In this document: positions 40,780 through 51,980 of the stretch, piece by piece | How positions within the stretch are numbered: position 1 is the first letter of the stretch | How the letters are laid out: every line of letters starts with the position of its first letter | Translations under genes and position numbers: made by a program | The notes under the pieces: generated by a model | What the model was told of the DNA's origin: nothing | The model's database searches: none | What the model saw: only the letters and a program-made list of their open reading frames with translations | Assembly (NCBI RefSeq): GCF_009834535.1 | Contig: NC_045696.1 | Coordinates: 28,646,001 to 28,710,000 of the forward strand | Reading direction: 5' to 3' | From: Camelus ferus | Taxonomy: Eukaryota | Length of the DNA: 64,000 nt

Positions 40780-41292
40780 TGTGAATGAAAAACATTGCTT
40801 GCCATATCAGTAAACAAAAGATGTTGCAGCCATCAAGCCACTACTGTACCCCCTGATCCCTGACAGTGAGCCCTGAGGAAACTCAGACTGGAGACAAATA
40901 AGCTGCCTGCTACCAAGCCCTCAGCCACTGCAGGTGCACCCAGAGGGGACTCAAGATGGGAAGGAACAGGATACTGACCCTAGATAGCTAAGGGAAAGAT
41001 CAAAGAAGTGATTTCAATGAGCCAGACTCTTGCATCTTCCCATACATAGAAAAGCACTAAATTTCTTAACTTGAGATATCTGGTTTTCTTTAATTGACAG
41101 TAATCTTATGATGTTCTGACTACTTGGTCTTTGTTGCAAAAGCTCTGATATATCCTGGCTTCTCCTTTCCATCTTCAGAGCAGTCCCATTGAGCTATCTG
41201 ACAGGCTCTCTCTCAGATTTAAAGTTCTCAGGAAATTTGCAGAATAAAACATAACTCTTAACTTTTAGGTTGTGCATTTTTTTCAGTTGACA
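40780..41292 (+). mobile_element. ERV1 solo LTR (MER41-like, artiodactyl) inserted into an L2
   Basis: TG...CA ends with imperfect terminal inverted repeats (tgtgaatgaaaaa / tttttcagttgaca), AATAAA near 41243, candidate TSD gata/gatc; L2 sequence on both sides. Confidence 0.75.
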
Positions 41293-41299
41293 GATCTGT

Positions 41300-42065
41300 A
41301 GAGACTGTTCATATAATTTTATGCCAGAAAAAGAGCTTATGCTTTATTTCAATAACAATGGGTGTCAGTGTAATTAAATAATCTTACCCTGTTAAATGAG
41401 AAGTAGTTAGAAGACTGGATGCAGGATGACCAAGTAGAAGGTTATTGCATTATTGCAGGCTAAAGATGGTTGCGGCTTGGCCAAGAATAGTGACAGAGGA
41501 CACAGGTGAGGGGTATGGAGTCAAAATATATTCTTGAAGCAGAATATACAAATTTGGTCTTGATATTGAGATTGTGACACAACTAAATTAGCATACTGAA
41601 TGCACATGTTGGACCTCAGAAGAGATATCAAATAACATTCAAAGTCATAAGAAAAGTCAATATCATGTAGGGAAGTTTTTATGTAAAGAAGTGTGCTTAG
41701 TATCCTAATACTAACTGCTCAATGGATTAAGAGCATATAGCAGTAGAATATGAATAACAATGACTAGTGAGTTTGGAAGAGGAGGGAAAAAAAGAAATGT
41801 GGAATCATGAAAGACAAGAGAAGGTCGGTTTCTTCACTAAAGAAGGAACCACCTGTGGCTGCTTCAGCCAGTAACTGCGTAACATGAGGACAGACAGTGC
41901 CCAACATGAATGACGTTAGTAATATTGACAAGAACAGAATTGGAGTGTAGAAGACTGGTATCAATGCAATAAATATAAGCAGAAGGCAGATTAAAGTTGA
42001 TTGACAAGTGAATTGGACATGAAGATTTAAAGACTGCATATGAGCTTAACTATGAAATAAAGCAA
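41300..42065 (-). mobile_element. L2 LINE fragment (continues 40420-40779 on the other side of the LTR)
   Basis: gaccaagtagaaggttattgcattattgcaggctaaagatggttgcggcttggcc and other purine-rich reverse L2 motifs. Confidence 0.65.
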
Positions 42066-42524
42066 AGAATAGAAGTGAACTTAAAGAGAAACTGTAAAAC
42101 ATATAAAAGGTGTTCTTGTGAAATAAAATACGTAGAACACTTAACATCGTGTCTGACCCATATTAGTGACTTAAAAATGTGATATATTTTCTTTCCTTTA
42201 ATAGACACTTGTATAAAGATGCCAAACAAGATGCCAAAATGTTTTTCTCTCCTTGTAGTAGAAAACTTTATTGGAAGAAGTCTAGGTTAAATGCTTCTTG
42301 AAACAAACTGCTTCTACCCAGATATTCACTTTACATCACTCCCTATGTCATACTAGTAGAAAACCACATGGCCTAATCACTGCAATGTTGCAGTAGTTTA
42401 ACAATTTCAAAACTATGCAAGTTACTGAGAACTGACAAACTATACTAAAAAGGTATCTTCTAATTATAACTTCCTTGACATCTTGCCTCCCTCTTTCATC
42501 TATCAAATATTTACTTCCTTGAGT

Positions 42525-42930
42525 GGGTTAGGGTATAGCTCAGTGGCAGAATGTGTGCTTAGTATGCACCAGGTCCTGGGTTCAATCCCCAGGACCTCCA
42601 TTAAAAAATAAATAAATAAATTTCACAAACCAGAAACAGACTCACACTCATAGGAAACAAACTGTGGTTACAGTGGGGAAAGGGTCAAGGGACAGGTAGC
42701 TTAGGAGTTTGAGAATAATAGATACACATTGCTATATATAAAATAAATAAAGAACAAGGACCTACTGTATAGCATAGGGAACTATATTCAATTTTTTTGT
42801 AGTGAGCTGTAATGAAAAGGAATCTGGAAAAAAAATATGGATGTATAGGCATTACTGAATCTCTTTGCTGTACACATGAAACTAACACTGTAAATTGACT
42901 ACACTTCAAGAAAGAAAGAAAGAAAGAAAA
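42525..42930 (+). mobile_element. Camelid tRNA-SINE head (42525-42620) joined to an L1 3' end (42621-42930)
   Basis: gggtatagctcagtggcaga...ggtcctgggttcaatcccc, then cacaaaccagaaacagactcac...ctactgtatagcatagggaactatattc...taaattgactacacttcaa and a (GAAA)n tail. Confidence 0.88.
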
Positions 42931-43179
42931 TATTTAACGGAAAAACCGTAAGAAAAAAGTTCTACTTCCAATTCTGCCTTACACTAACTCTAATTCTGGG
43001 AAAATCAATTTAATGCTCTGGACCTCAGTGTACTTATATAAAAGATACAGAGTGTGATCAGATGCTTTCAATGTTCAATTGTTCAAATGCTATGATTTTA
43101 CATTTTGAAATGCCTCCTTCCAGAACAAATATTTTTAAAGAAAGAAGATATAAGGAGCATAAATCCATTTTAATTATAC

Positions 43180-43272
43180 CTTTTTGCACTGCTTCTATGA
43201 CATTATTATATGTAAGAAAAAATATTAAAGAAAAAATAAATTGTAATGTCATCAAGAGACTAAATCCAATTG
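43180..43272 (+). repeat. Left arm of a ~90-bp inverted duplication (partner 44799-44885)
   Basis: Contains perfect 30-nt (gcttctatgacattattatatgtaagaaaa) and 24-nt (tcatcaagagactaaatccaattg) blocks whose reverse complements lie in the partner. Confidence 0.95.
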
Positions 43273-44798
43273 TACTGTGGCTCTGCACTGCTTCAGTATG
43301 GGACAAAATGGACTTTTTCCTAGCCTACCACTTATTCAAAATCTGCATATTTTCACTTCTCGATTTAACAAAGACACATTACTTCAACCTGACAGAACAT
43401 ACTAAAACAATGCAAGCACTCTTATAAGAAGTCAAACAATAAGTCTGATCAGAACTTTCTCTTCCAATTGTTTTTCTTTCAATGAAATCAATATTTCATT
43501 CTTTATTATCATTTTAATTACCATCAGTCTCTCTCACTCAAGTCCATAAATTATTTTAAGGAAGAAACTAAATTCTATAAAGACAGTGAGCATCCAAGTA
43601 TTTTAAGAGATAAATATTTAGATGGATAGGTAAAAACATGGAAGACTGTATACAGAGACAAAAGAAATAGCTGTCGCTGCTAAGTTAATGCAGCATCTAT
43701 GGCGTTTACTGAGTAGGTTTCTTACAAATTAATATGACTCATTTACACATTCAATGAGAGGAATTTACTTCTACAGTCAGTTCTTATATGTCAATGTATT
43801 CAGATTACATAAGCCATACTATATTAGCTATAATAATTACCATAATTTAACCACCCTTTAACAAAAGATAAAGTTGAAGATATCTAATATAAATTTCTAA
43901 CATGATGCATACTATTTTACCCAAAAAAAGCGCATATGTTTTATATAGACATTTTTTCTCTGGATCAGACTCTAGATTAAACCTGAAATTCTTTTAGTTT
44001 GCTTGTTTTAAAATTAACAGTGAATGAGAGAAAATTAAATATTAACTGTTCATGTACATAAAATTAATGAAATAAAAAACATGTCTACTCTATTAATTCT
44101 GAATGTCATTGCTACTGATAAAAACAACTGTAAAATCAGAAGTCAAGCAAGCAGTGAAAACTGAGGAAACAATCAGTTAGCAACTCAAACTGCCAGAATC
44201 AACACAATAGGAATAATTTGTAAGTGTTAAATTTACATTGTCTTTAAAACATATGTACATCTAGCTTACATATACTAGTTCAAAGGAGGCATATATTTAT
44301 TTAATTTAATAACATAGGGGCTAAAACATTACATTATTATAAGTGTAATTTACTTTATGCACTATTTAGATATCATATGAATTATGTAAGTTATCTAAAT
44401 TTATCATAGTAATTGGATAAAGGTCTCATATCCATTGTGTTATGTATGTAAGTCTACTTAGAAGATATTTGACTAAAGTTTGGCTAAAATTTGGAATTTA
44501 ATTATGTATTTTCCACAATATGTGGCACTACTTTAAAATATTTAGTTTTGGATAAGAGGATATATAATCTTTTAGGTGATAAATAGAACACATCTACTTT
44601 TGAATTTGATATGCTATAAATCCAAGTAGTAAAAACAAGCAAAACACAATAGCAACAACAATAAGAAAAAAACCACAAAATCTTGGAAATACCAATCAGA
44701 AAAATTGTGATGAACTTAGCTCTTTATATTTTCAACCTAACACATATAATAAATTATCTTACATAGATTATTTTATGTAGTCCATGCACATAACTTAT

Positions 44799-44885
44799 CA
44801 ATTGGATTTAGTCTCTTGATGATATTATAATTTATTATTTAATATTTTCTTACATATAATAATGTCATAGAAGCCGTAAAAAAAG
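44799..44885 (-). repeat. Right arm of the ~90-bp inverted duplication (partner 43180-43272)
   Basis: caattggatttagtctcttgatga...ttttcttacatataataatgtcatagaagc. Confidence 0.95.
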
Positions 44886-45524
44886 AGAAGACATTGCCTT
44901 TTTTAGACTAAAAATAACCATGACAAAAATGCATCATTTACATATTTATGGTATGTTTATTCAATGGAAATTTTATTTTAAAGACAGAATACACTAAGAC
45001 TGACAAAGATATTGCAATACTCTACTCCATAGAAAAGCTTCTGATGTTTCACTATTGCCTGTCACACACAATGCATTACTGCCTATCAGAGCAGAAATGT
45101 CGAGCTCAGCTTGGCTCCAGTCTCCCTTTTCCACTTTATTCCCATCACACACCTTCTCACTGTATACTGCAATATCATCGATGTTTATAAACCCAGCACC
45201 CCATGTACTGTCAGTCTCTGGCCCACGCTCACATCCTCTCACTGCCCACACTGCCAGGTACCACCAAGTCCATCCTCCCACCTAGGAAATCCATGGTATG
45301 GTCTCCAGATCAGCTCTTATCTCTCAGAGAACTTCCTGACCCCTTCAACAGAATACATCACTCTTCCCTTTGTTCTTCCGAGGCACATTTATTTCTATAT
45401 AGCACTAGTTATAAAAAGCCAATGACTGAGATGAACACATCTTCCTCACTACTGTATTCTCATTGTTTGACACATATGTAACATAGGCTGGTGAATTAAT
45501 GAACTCATTTATGATTACATGGAG

Positions 45525-45775
45525 TACTGTAGCATGGTTAGCAGCCTAAGCATAGATGAATATCACAGCAGCAGAGCACAGTTAGACTCAGGGTGGGGAG
45601 ACATTTCACAAACTACATAATGTACATAATCCTCAACTTACCTAACTGTAAAATGAGTCTAATAACTGTAGCTACCTTCCCAGTTTGGAGTGAGGATGAA
45701 ATGAGAAAATCTGCACATAATTCTGAGCAGTGATTCTACAATATACTAGTAATTGCTCAATAAATATCAGCTTAT
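45525..45775 (+). mobile_element. MIR SINE
   Basis: cctcaacttacctaactgtaaaatgagtctaataactgtagctacc...gtgaggatgaaatgaga...gctcaataaatatcagct. Confidence 0.7.
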
Positions 45776-45804
45776 AAAAGCAATTACTATAATGATCAGG
45801 TTTC

Positions 45805-46035
45805 TCAGTAGTATGTTACTGTGATTACGCACACGGATCCTGGAGCCACCTGTCCGGATGAAAAGCCCTACTCTGTCCTTTACCAGCTAAATAACCTTGG
45901 GCAAGTCACTTAGTCTTAGATCATCATTTCTAGAAAAGCATAAAAGTACCAACTTCTCTAGATTTTTGTGATAATTAATACACACCAGATGCTTAGATAG
46001 TACCCCAAAACAATAGCTGTTAAATGATCAGCTCT
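45805..46035 (+). mobile_element. MIR SINE
   Basis: ctctgtcctttaccagctaaataaccttgggcaagtcacttag. Confidence 0.7.
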
Positions 46036-47351
46036 TATAACTCTGCCTAGAATAGATTAAGAAATAAGGTGTAGTATAATTCACTACCACACCCTACATA
46101 AAAGATTTTTACAGTTAGGTGATGGTACACTTTCTAATTTGAACTAAACATTAACAATTGAAAGTGTGCATTTATTTCATTAATAACTCCATTATGCTAA
46201 TTAGACTTTAAATTTTAAAATATAATTACCGTGCAATCTATTAGTATTTCACTAGGACCTGAATTAAAAGAAAGCATGGAATTAACTCATAAATAACAAC
46301 CAGAAACATTTTCCCCAAAGTGATCCACACAAGCACAAGTTCTATAATCATGATGTTGATTAGACATTGAAGTTTTTGCAGATAGTGAGTTAGATACACT
46401 TGTTATAAAGACAGCCAGTCCATATTTATTCAATATCTCAAACAAAATAAGTTGAACCGACAGCTTTTTAACTGTTTCCCAAGTATATCAATCAGCAATA
46501 ATACTCATAACCACTCTAAGCAAAGTCTTTAAGGATTATCTATGACTTCCTTTAGTTTGATCTCTCTCTAGATTTGCATGAAGTCTTTTGAGGGCACACT
46601 CCCTAAGGCAGGTGAATTTGTTACACTGAAGAAAAAAAAAAAAGGCTCTAACACGGATGCAACTCAGGTATTCCTGATGGCTAAAAGGCAAACAAACAGC
46701 AAACAAAGGAAACAAAAGCAAGAGCCAGAAAGAGAGAGAGAGATTGTTTCAGGCATGGAGTGTTTAATAGCTCACATATTTCTCTAAGATTTTCCCCAGG
46801 GTTAGTTCTATACTTGTACTTAGTGATAAAAGATTCCAACATGCTAACACACCAGCTCTAAATTAGCACTAACACTGTGAACGGTGTTCAGAATTCGACA
46901 GAGCTGTTATTCATTGAAGTCCCTGAATAGTAAAGAGGACACTCAAGGATAAATGAATTCAGGTTCATTATTAAATATTTAGCCAATATCATTTATTAAC
47001 ACAATAGTGCAAAGATGAATTAGTCTTCCTGATAACTTTAAGAGAGAGCCTCCACTTCAAATATGAGACATTTGTGAGATTAAGCTAAATGGTACATATA
47101 GTACTCATTTGGGGGATATAATTAGTGGCATCTGATCCATAACTATTATTTTTTCTTATGTGACAGGCATCAAATAGGAATAATCACTGTGAAACAAATA
47201 GGCCATGGTATTTTTCCAGATTAGGACCTAAACAATCAAAATTAAATGTTCATTTCCACTGTTCTTTTACTTTTCCATATTCAAAAAATGTATTTTAAAT
47301 GTATGTTTTACAGTGTGACCGTCTTTAAGTCTCAATTAGAAGCAACGGCAG

Positions 47352-47365
47352 CAGGAAGTGACGTC
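47352..47365 (+). promoter_or_regulatory. Overlapping ETS-CRE composite motif CAGGAAGTGACGTC
   Basis: ETS core GGAAGT overlapping TGACGTC in the known composite geometry; function not shown. Confidence 0.4.
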
Positions 47366-48234
47366 TGTTGCTGGGAGGCCTGTGAAAACCATGCATAATT
47401 AAAGCTGCTAAGATCAACAGGGTGTTTTACACTCTATAAACCAATTTTATATTCAATTGTATTTGCTTATGTGAATGTGCATTTTAATATCTACCTACAA
47501 CATCCATTTCTAGTATGTCTATCTTTCAAAACATGAAAAGTGAAGTCCAGCAGCATTAGTAACATTTGAGATGACACAGAAAATACATCACTTCTGACCT
47601 GGAGGAGTGCTGTGGCTGAGCACCAAGGCATCTGAGGATGTACTGTGTAATTCACCCTAAGGGTCATTTTCCCTTGTACCTACACAGCATGTAACCTCTG
47701 CTTCAAACAGGGGAGGTGAATTATGTACAGCTTGGATAGGAAGGGTGGGAGGAAGGAAAACGGCATTTCTGTCTTCAGATCTGGCATGATTACCAACGGC
47801 TCAGCAGCTCTGTCTGAAAGGACTTCGGTATATAGAATTCAGGAAAAGGAAGGAGACTGTGGAGAGAAATACGTCAACTGGAAAAAGTCTCCATACACTG
47901 ATCATTTCCTTCTCTTTCACTAAAATATCTGTTCTCTTCATCTCTGAACACTCTGAATCATGAGCTTTTGTGTATCGTGTACATGTAGAGATTCATTTCA
48001 TAACAGCTGATACCAAAAAATGTTAGAGAATAACACACTTGTTTCATGAATGATTTTTTTTTTTTTTGCACTTTTTACTTTGAAACAACTATAGACTCAC
48101 AGGAACTCACAACTAAAGCCTCATCCTCTCTGTGTCCCCCTGCCTCCTCTCTTCAAGCCTCCTAGTCACTTCTGTTTTGGCGCTGCCCCATTTGAATTGA
48201 TTGCTGCTCAAATAAATGCTTACAAAAAGAGGAA

Positions 48235-48600
48235 ATGCATGAGGGCTGTGTTGCTGAGCTGGTTACCTCTGTGGTCACTGGGGTTTTGCACCACCAGGGA
48301 CCCTCTGAGAAGTTTGTATATTGTGCCTCATGGTGATCTCTTCGAAGGACAGGAAATGGGAGCAGTTAGCTACTGATGATCCTTCCTTCTGTAGTGGTAA
48401 TTCACACATGCATCAAGGCTGCCTTTTTGCCTAGTTTGAGTTGGCCCTCATAGCTTCAGAGAAAAGCCCTGAGACAGAAAAGTGGAAGATACAGAAGGAA
48501 TTTGAGGTGAAACGTGAGCAGCATGCACAGAAACTATTAATCAAGCTGCAAACATTGTCATGTGCAAGCTTCAAGGAGTCATCCCATCATCCTAGGAGCA
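48235..48600 (-). mobile_element. ERVL LTR remnant (LTR33/LTR41-like)
   Basis: gtgttgctgagctggttacctctgtggtcactggggg...agggaccctctgagaag. Confidence 0.55.
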
Positions 48601-49989
48601 TCGTCTTTAGATTCACTGCAAAGTGTCATGGCTAGGATATTTAATGCTGAGTTCTTGAATGAAGTTCTAGGTCAATAACATCCCCTCTTGTATTTTTTTC
48701 ACACCTTGGTCTTATATTCTTAAGATTCATTCCTAATTATACTTTCCCAGTTTTTACTGGGACACATCCCATAAAGTTTTACTAAAATATTTACTCTAAT
48801 ATTAAAGACCATAATCCCCTGCTTAGGCTATGCTGAACCCTGACCCAAGTTATTTTTAGAGGTTGTAAGGGGAGATACAGGTGAATTTGAGAAGACTATA
48901 TCATCTTGCAAGACATGCAACTCAGTTGAAGTCTTAGCATGAACCCCAGGAAAGCAGAGTCTTCCATTACTTAGACGAGTGAGAGAGCTGTTTTCACAGT
49001 CTGGAGGATTCAGGGCATTTCACCCACACGCTGCCATCTCAGCTGTTAGCATCTCACTCCTTCCATGCCTAGTGCACTTCAGAATGGTCCTTCTGAAAGG
49101 CCAGAGGCTGTCTGCACCCTCCCTTTGTGGAATGTGAAACATTGACTCCTATTCCCCATTCACTGATTATAGTTTCTTTGAAATTCAGTATTCATAGACT
49201 TCTATCTCCTATGTTTGAGCAAGTTTATAACTTTGGAAAAAGCTCATCAGAACAGCAAAGAATGAGAGAGGAGGAGTGGGAGTTAGGCAGTGAGAAATCA
49301 GAAGGGAATTTGGCCGAGTGCCTATCTATTTTGAAAACAGATAAATGGGAGATAGGGGAATATGGTATGGTCACATCTGCTAAAATATGGATTTGGGAAA
49401 AGGTGACGCTGGACAGAGCTTATGTAGAAGATTCCCAAAGAAGACCTTGTGTTTGGAAAGAGGTAAGTACAGCAGTGATTTCTTGGGAGTGGCTGCTGAG
49501 ACTAACTGAAAACAATGGCTTTCTCTTGTTGACACTGGAGACAGAACTTAAGCAAAGGCCTTTTGCCTGCTTCTCTCCACCTGGGGAAAGTTGTACAGGA
49601 AAGGAGGTTGCTTTGCTAGAGGTTACCTTGAATAACCTGGATTAATTTGGGGCCTTTCAGTGGAAATAGACATGCAAATAGAAACCAAGTTTTATCTTTG
49701 GAAGACGGAGAAAGTAACATTTCTTATACGCTGATGGACAGATAGTCATACATACTTTATAACAATTCTCCTTGAAGCAAGGGCTATAACTCTGAAAAAA
49801 AAATAATAATGTGTGGAGATGAGGTGCACTCTCAGAAGTCGTTTGTGATTTTAAGAATACAAGTAGACTGTGATGAGACTCAGGTCCACAGAAAGCTTTA
49901 AATTGTCAAGTGCCATGATTTACATCTGCATTCTAGAGAAAGACCGTAAGAGAGAATAGGGAGGATGATGTGACTTTTTAAAACCACTA

Positions 49990-51314
49990 AGTTTCAGATT
50001 GACCATTTGTGTTCCCCCAAATTTTATGTTAAGCCTAATCCCCAATGTGATGATACTTGATTGTGGGACCTTTAGGAGGTGATTATGTCATAAGGATGGA
50101 GCCCTTCATTAGTGTCCTTAAGAAAAGAGACCTTAAGAGAGCTTCTCCCCATCCTTTCTACCATGTGAGGAAACAGGGAGACAACAGCCGTCTAAGAACC
50201 AGGAAGCAGGTTCTTATCAGGCACCAAATCTGCCAGTACCTTGACCTTGGATCCTCCATCCTGCCCTCCAGAACTATGAGAAATAAATTTCTATTGTTTA
50301 TAAGCCACCCAGTCTATGGTATTGTTATAGCAGATCAAACTGACAGAAACTGGCACAGAGAAGTGGGGGTACTACTATAACTAATTTCTAAAAATGTGGA
50401 AGTAGTTTTGAAAGTGGGTAATGGGTAGAGGCTACAAGAATTTTGCGGTGCTGGCTAGAAGAAGTCTACATCATCAGGGATGGACATTTAAGGCCAATTC
50501 TGGTGAGGATTCAGAAAGAGGAGAGCTGGAGAGAAAGCCTCACAGTCTTCTTAGGGATAAATCTAAGTAATCATGAACAGAATACTGGTAAAAATATGGA
50601 CTGGGAAAAATAGTCCCCATTCAGTTTTAAATTAATTAGCTCCAGTTATTCCTTTCTTCTTTCCTGCTTCTCCCTTTTGGAATGTGAATGTCTGTCCGAT
50701 GCCTGTCCCACCACTGGATTTTGAAAGCATATGACATTTTTGGTTTCACAGTTTCTAACTGTAGAGGAATCTGTCTCAGGATGAATCATATCTTGAGTCT
50801 CATATCTGATTTAGATGATACTTAGGTGAGGTTTCAAACTTAGACATTTTGATGCTGGAAAAAGTTAAGATCTTGGGGGCTGTTGGTATGGAATGAATGC
50901 ATTTCACATGTAAGAAAGACATGCATTTAGGGGGATCAGAGCAGAAGGCTAGAGACTGAATTTTTGTATCTCTCCAAAATTTGTACGGTGAAACCTAATC
51001 CCGGATGTGACAGTATTTGGAGGTGGGCCTTTGGAAGGAGATTAGGTCATGAAGGATAAGCCATTATATTTGGATTAGTGCTCTCATAAAAGAGACCCCA
51101 GCCAGAGAGCTCCATCACCCCTTCTCCCAGGTGAGTGTACAGTGAGAAGGTGCCAGTCTATGAACCAAGAAGCAGTCCCTTACCCAGTACTGAATCTGCT
51201 GATGCCTTGATCTTGGACTTTCTAGTCTCCAGAACTGTGAGGAATAAATTTCTGTTGTTTATAAGTCACCCAGTCCATGGTATTCTATTATAGCAGCCTT
51301 TATAGACAAAGACA
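49990..51314 (+). mobile_element. MaLR provirus (MLT1A-like): 5' LTR ~49990-50345, ~600-bp internal remnant, 3' LTR ~50947-51314
   Basis: Two direct LTR copies (cctaatccc...gtga..., ccagaact(a/g)tgag..ataaatttct.ttgtttataag.cacccagtc.atggtatt); internal start gaaactggcacagagaagtggggg; candidate TSD ctaa on both sides. Confidence 0.9.
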
Positions 51315-51439
51315 CTAATAAAAAACTGAATTTTTATAAGAACCTAGACTTTTACTATTAGGTAATACTTCCAGATCCAGCTCAAGTCACCAAGGCAGAA
51401 CAATCCATCCTTTGCCAAGCTGTGACATTTTCTTGATGT

Positions 51440-51850
51440 GCCTCTCTTAGGTCTGCCATATAGACATGCTGGTATAGGAGACTAGTCAAACACCAAGACT
51501 ACTGAAAGATGTCTTTGCCCCACCTGGACCTCCTCACTTAGCCTTAGCACCATATCTCAGCTGCTGTGAGTGTTACTCTCTTCTCTGGAGAATTACCCAT
51601 GATCAGGTACAGGAGGCTATCTAATTTCCTCAAGGTTTGACTAAATCTCTGAAGAAATTTGTGCTTCAGGGTTTACCTTGTGACACCAGACATAACAGTA
51701 TTCAGCTGAGAATATCTTCTTGCTTAGATTTTCCTCCCACTCTATGTTATTTCCTTCAATCACCCTTCCTAAAGACACTAGTGATTGAATCACTTGACTA
51801 AGATTCCTTATCTCAGGCTTTTCTTTTAAGAAACCCAACCTAGGGAGACA
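51440..51850 (+). mobile_element. ERVL LTR remnant (LTR16/LTR33-like)
   Basis: 3' end gaatcacttgactaagattccttatctcaggcttttcttttaagaaacccaaccta. Confidence 0.55.
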
Positions 51851-51851
51851 C

Positions 51852-51980
51852 CCAGGGCTGACGACATAGGTTTACGGCTTGTACATTCTCATGTCCTGTA
51901 CTTGGCTTAATGTTCTGATGTCATGGAATTCTAAATTTCTAAACAAAAGGCCCCTAATTTCCATTTTCATTCAGCTCTGC
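51852..51980. mobile_element. MER91-like hAT-Tip100 MITE
   Basis: cagggctga...tcagctctg ends; internal cttggcttaatgttctg...aacaaaaggcccctaatttccatttt. Confidence 0.55.

Noticed and set aside
49127..49645. Longest ORF in the track (172 aa)
   Set aside because: GTG start, no domain I recognise, purine-rich sequence; by rough estimate one ORF of this length is not unexpected by chance in 64 kb of six-frame translation.
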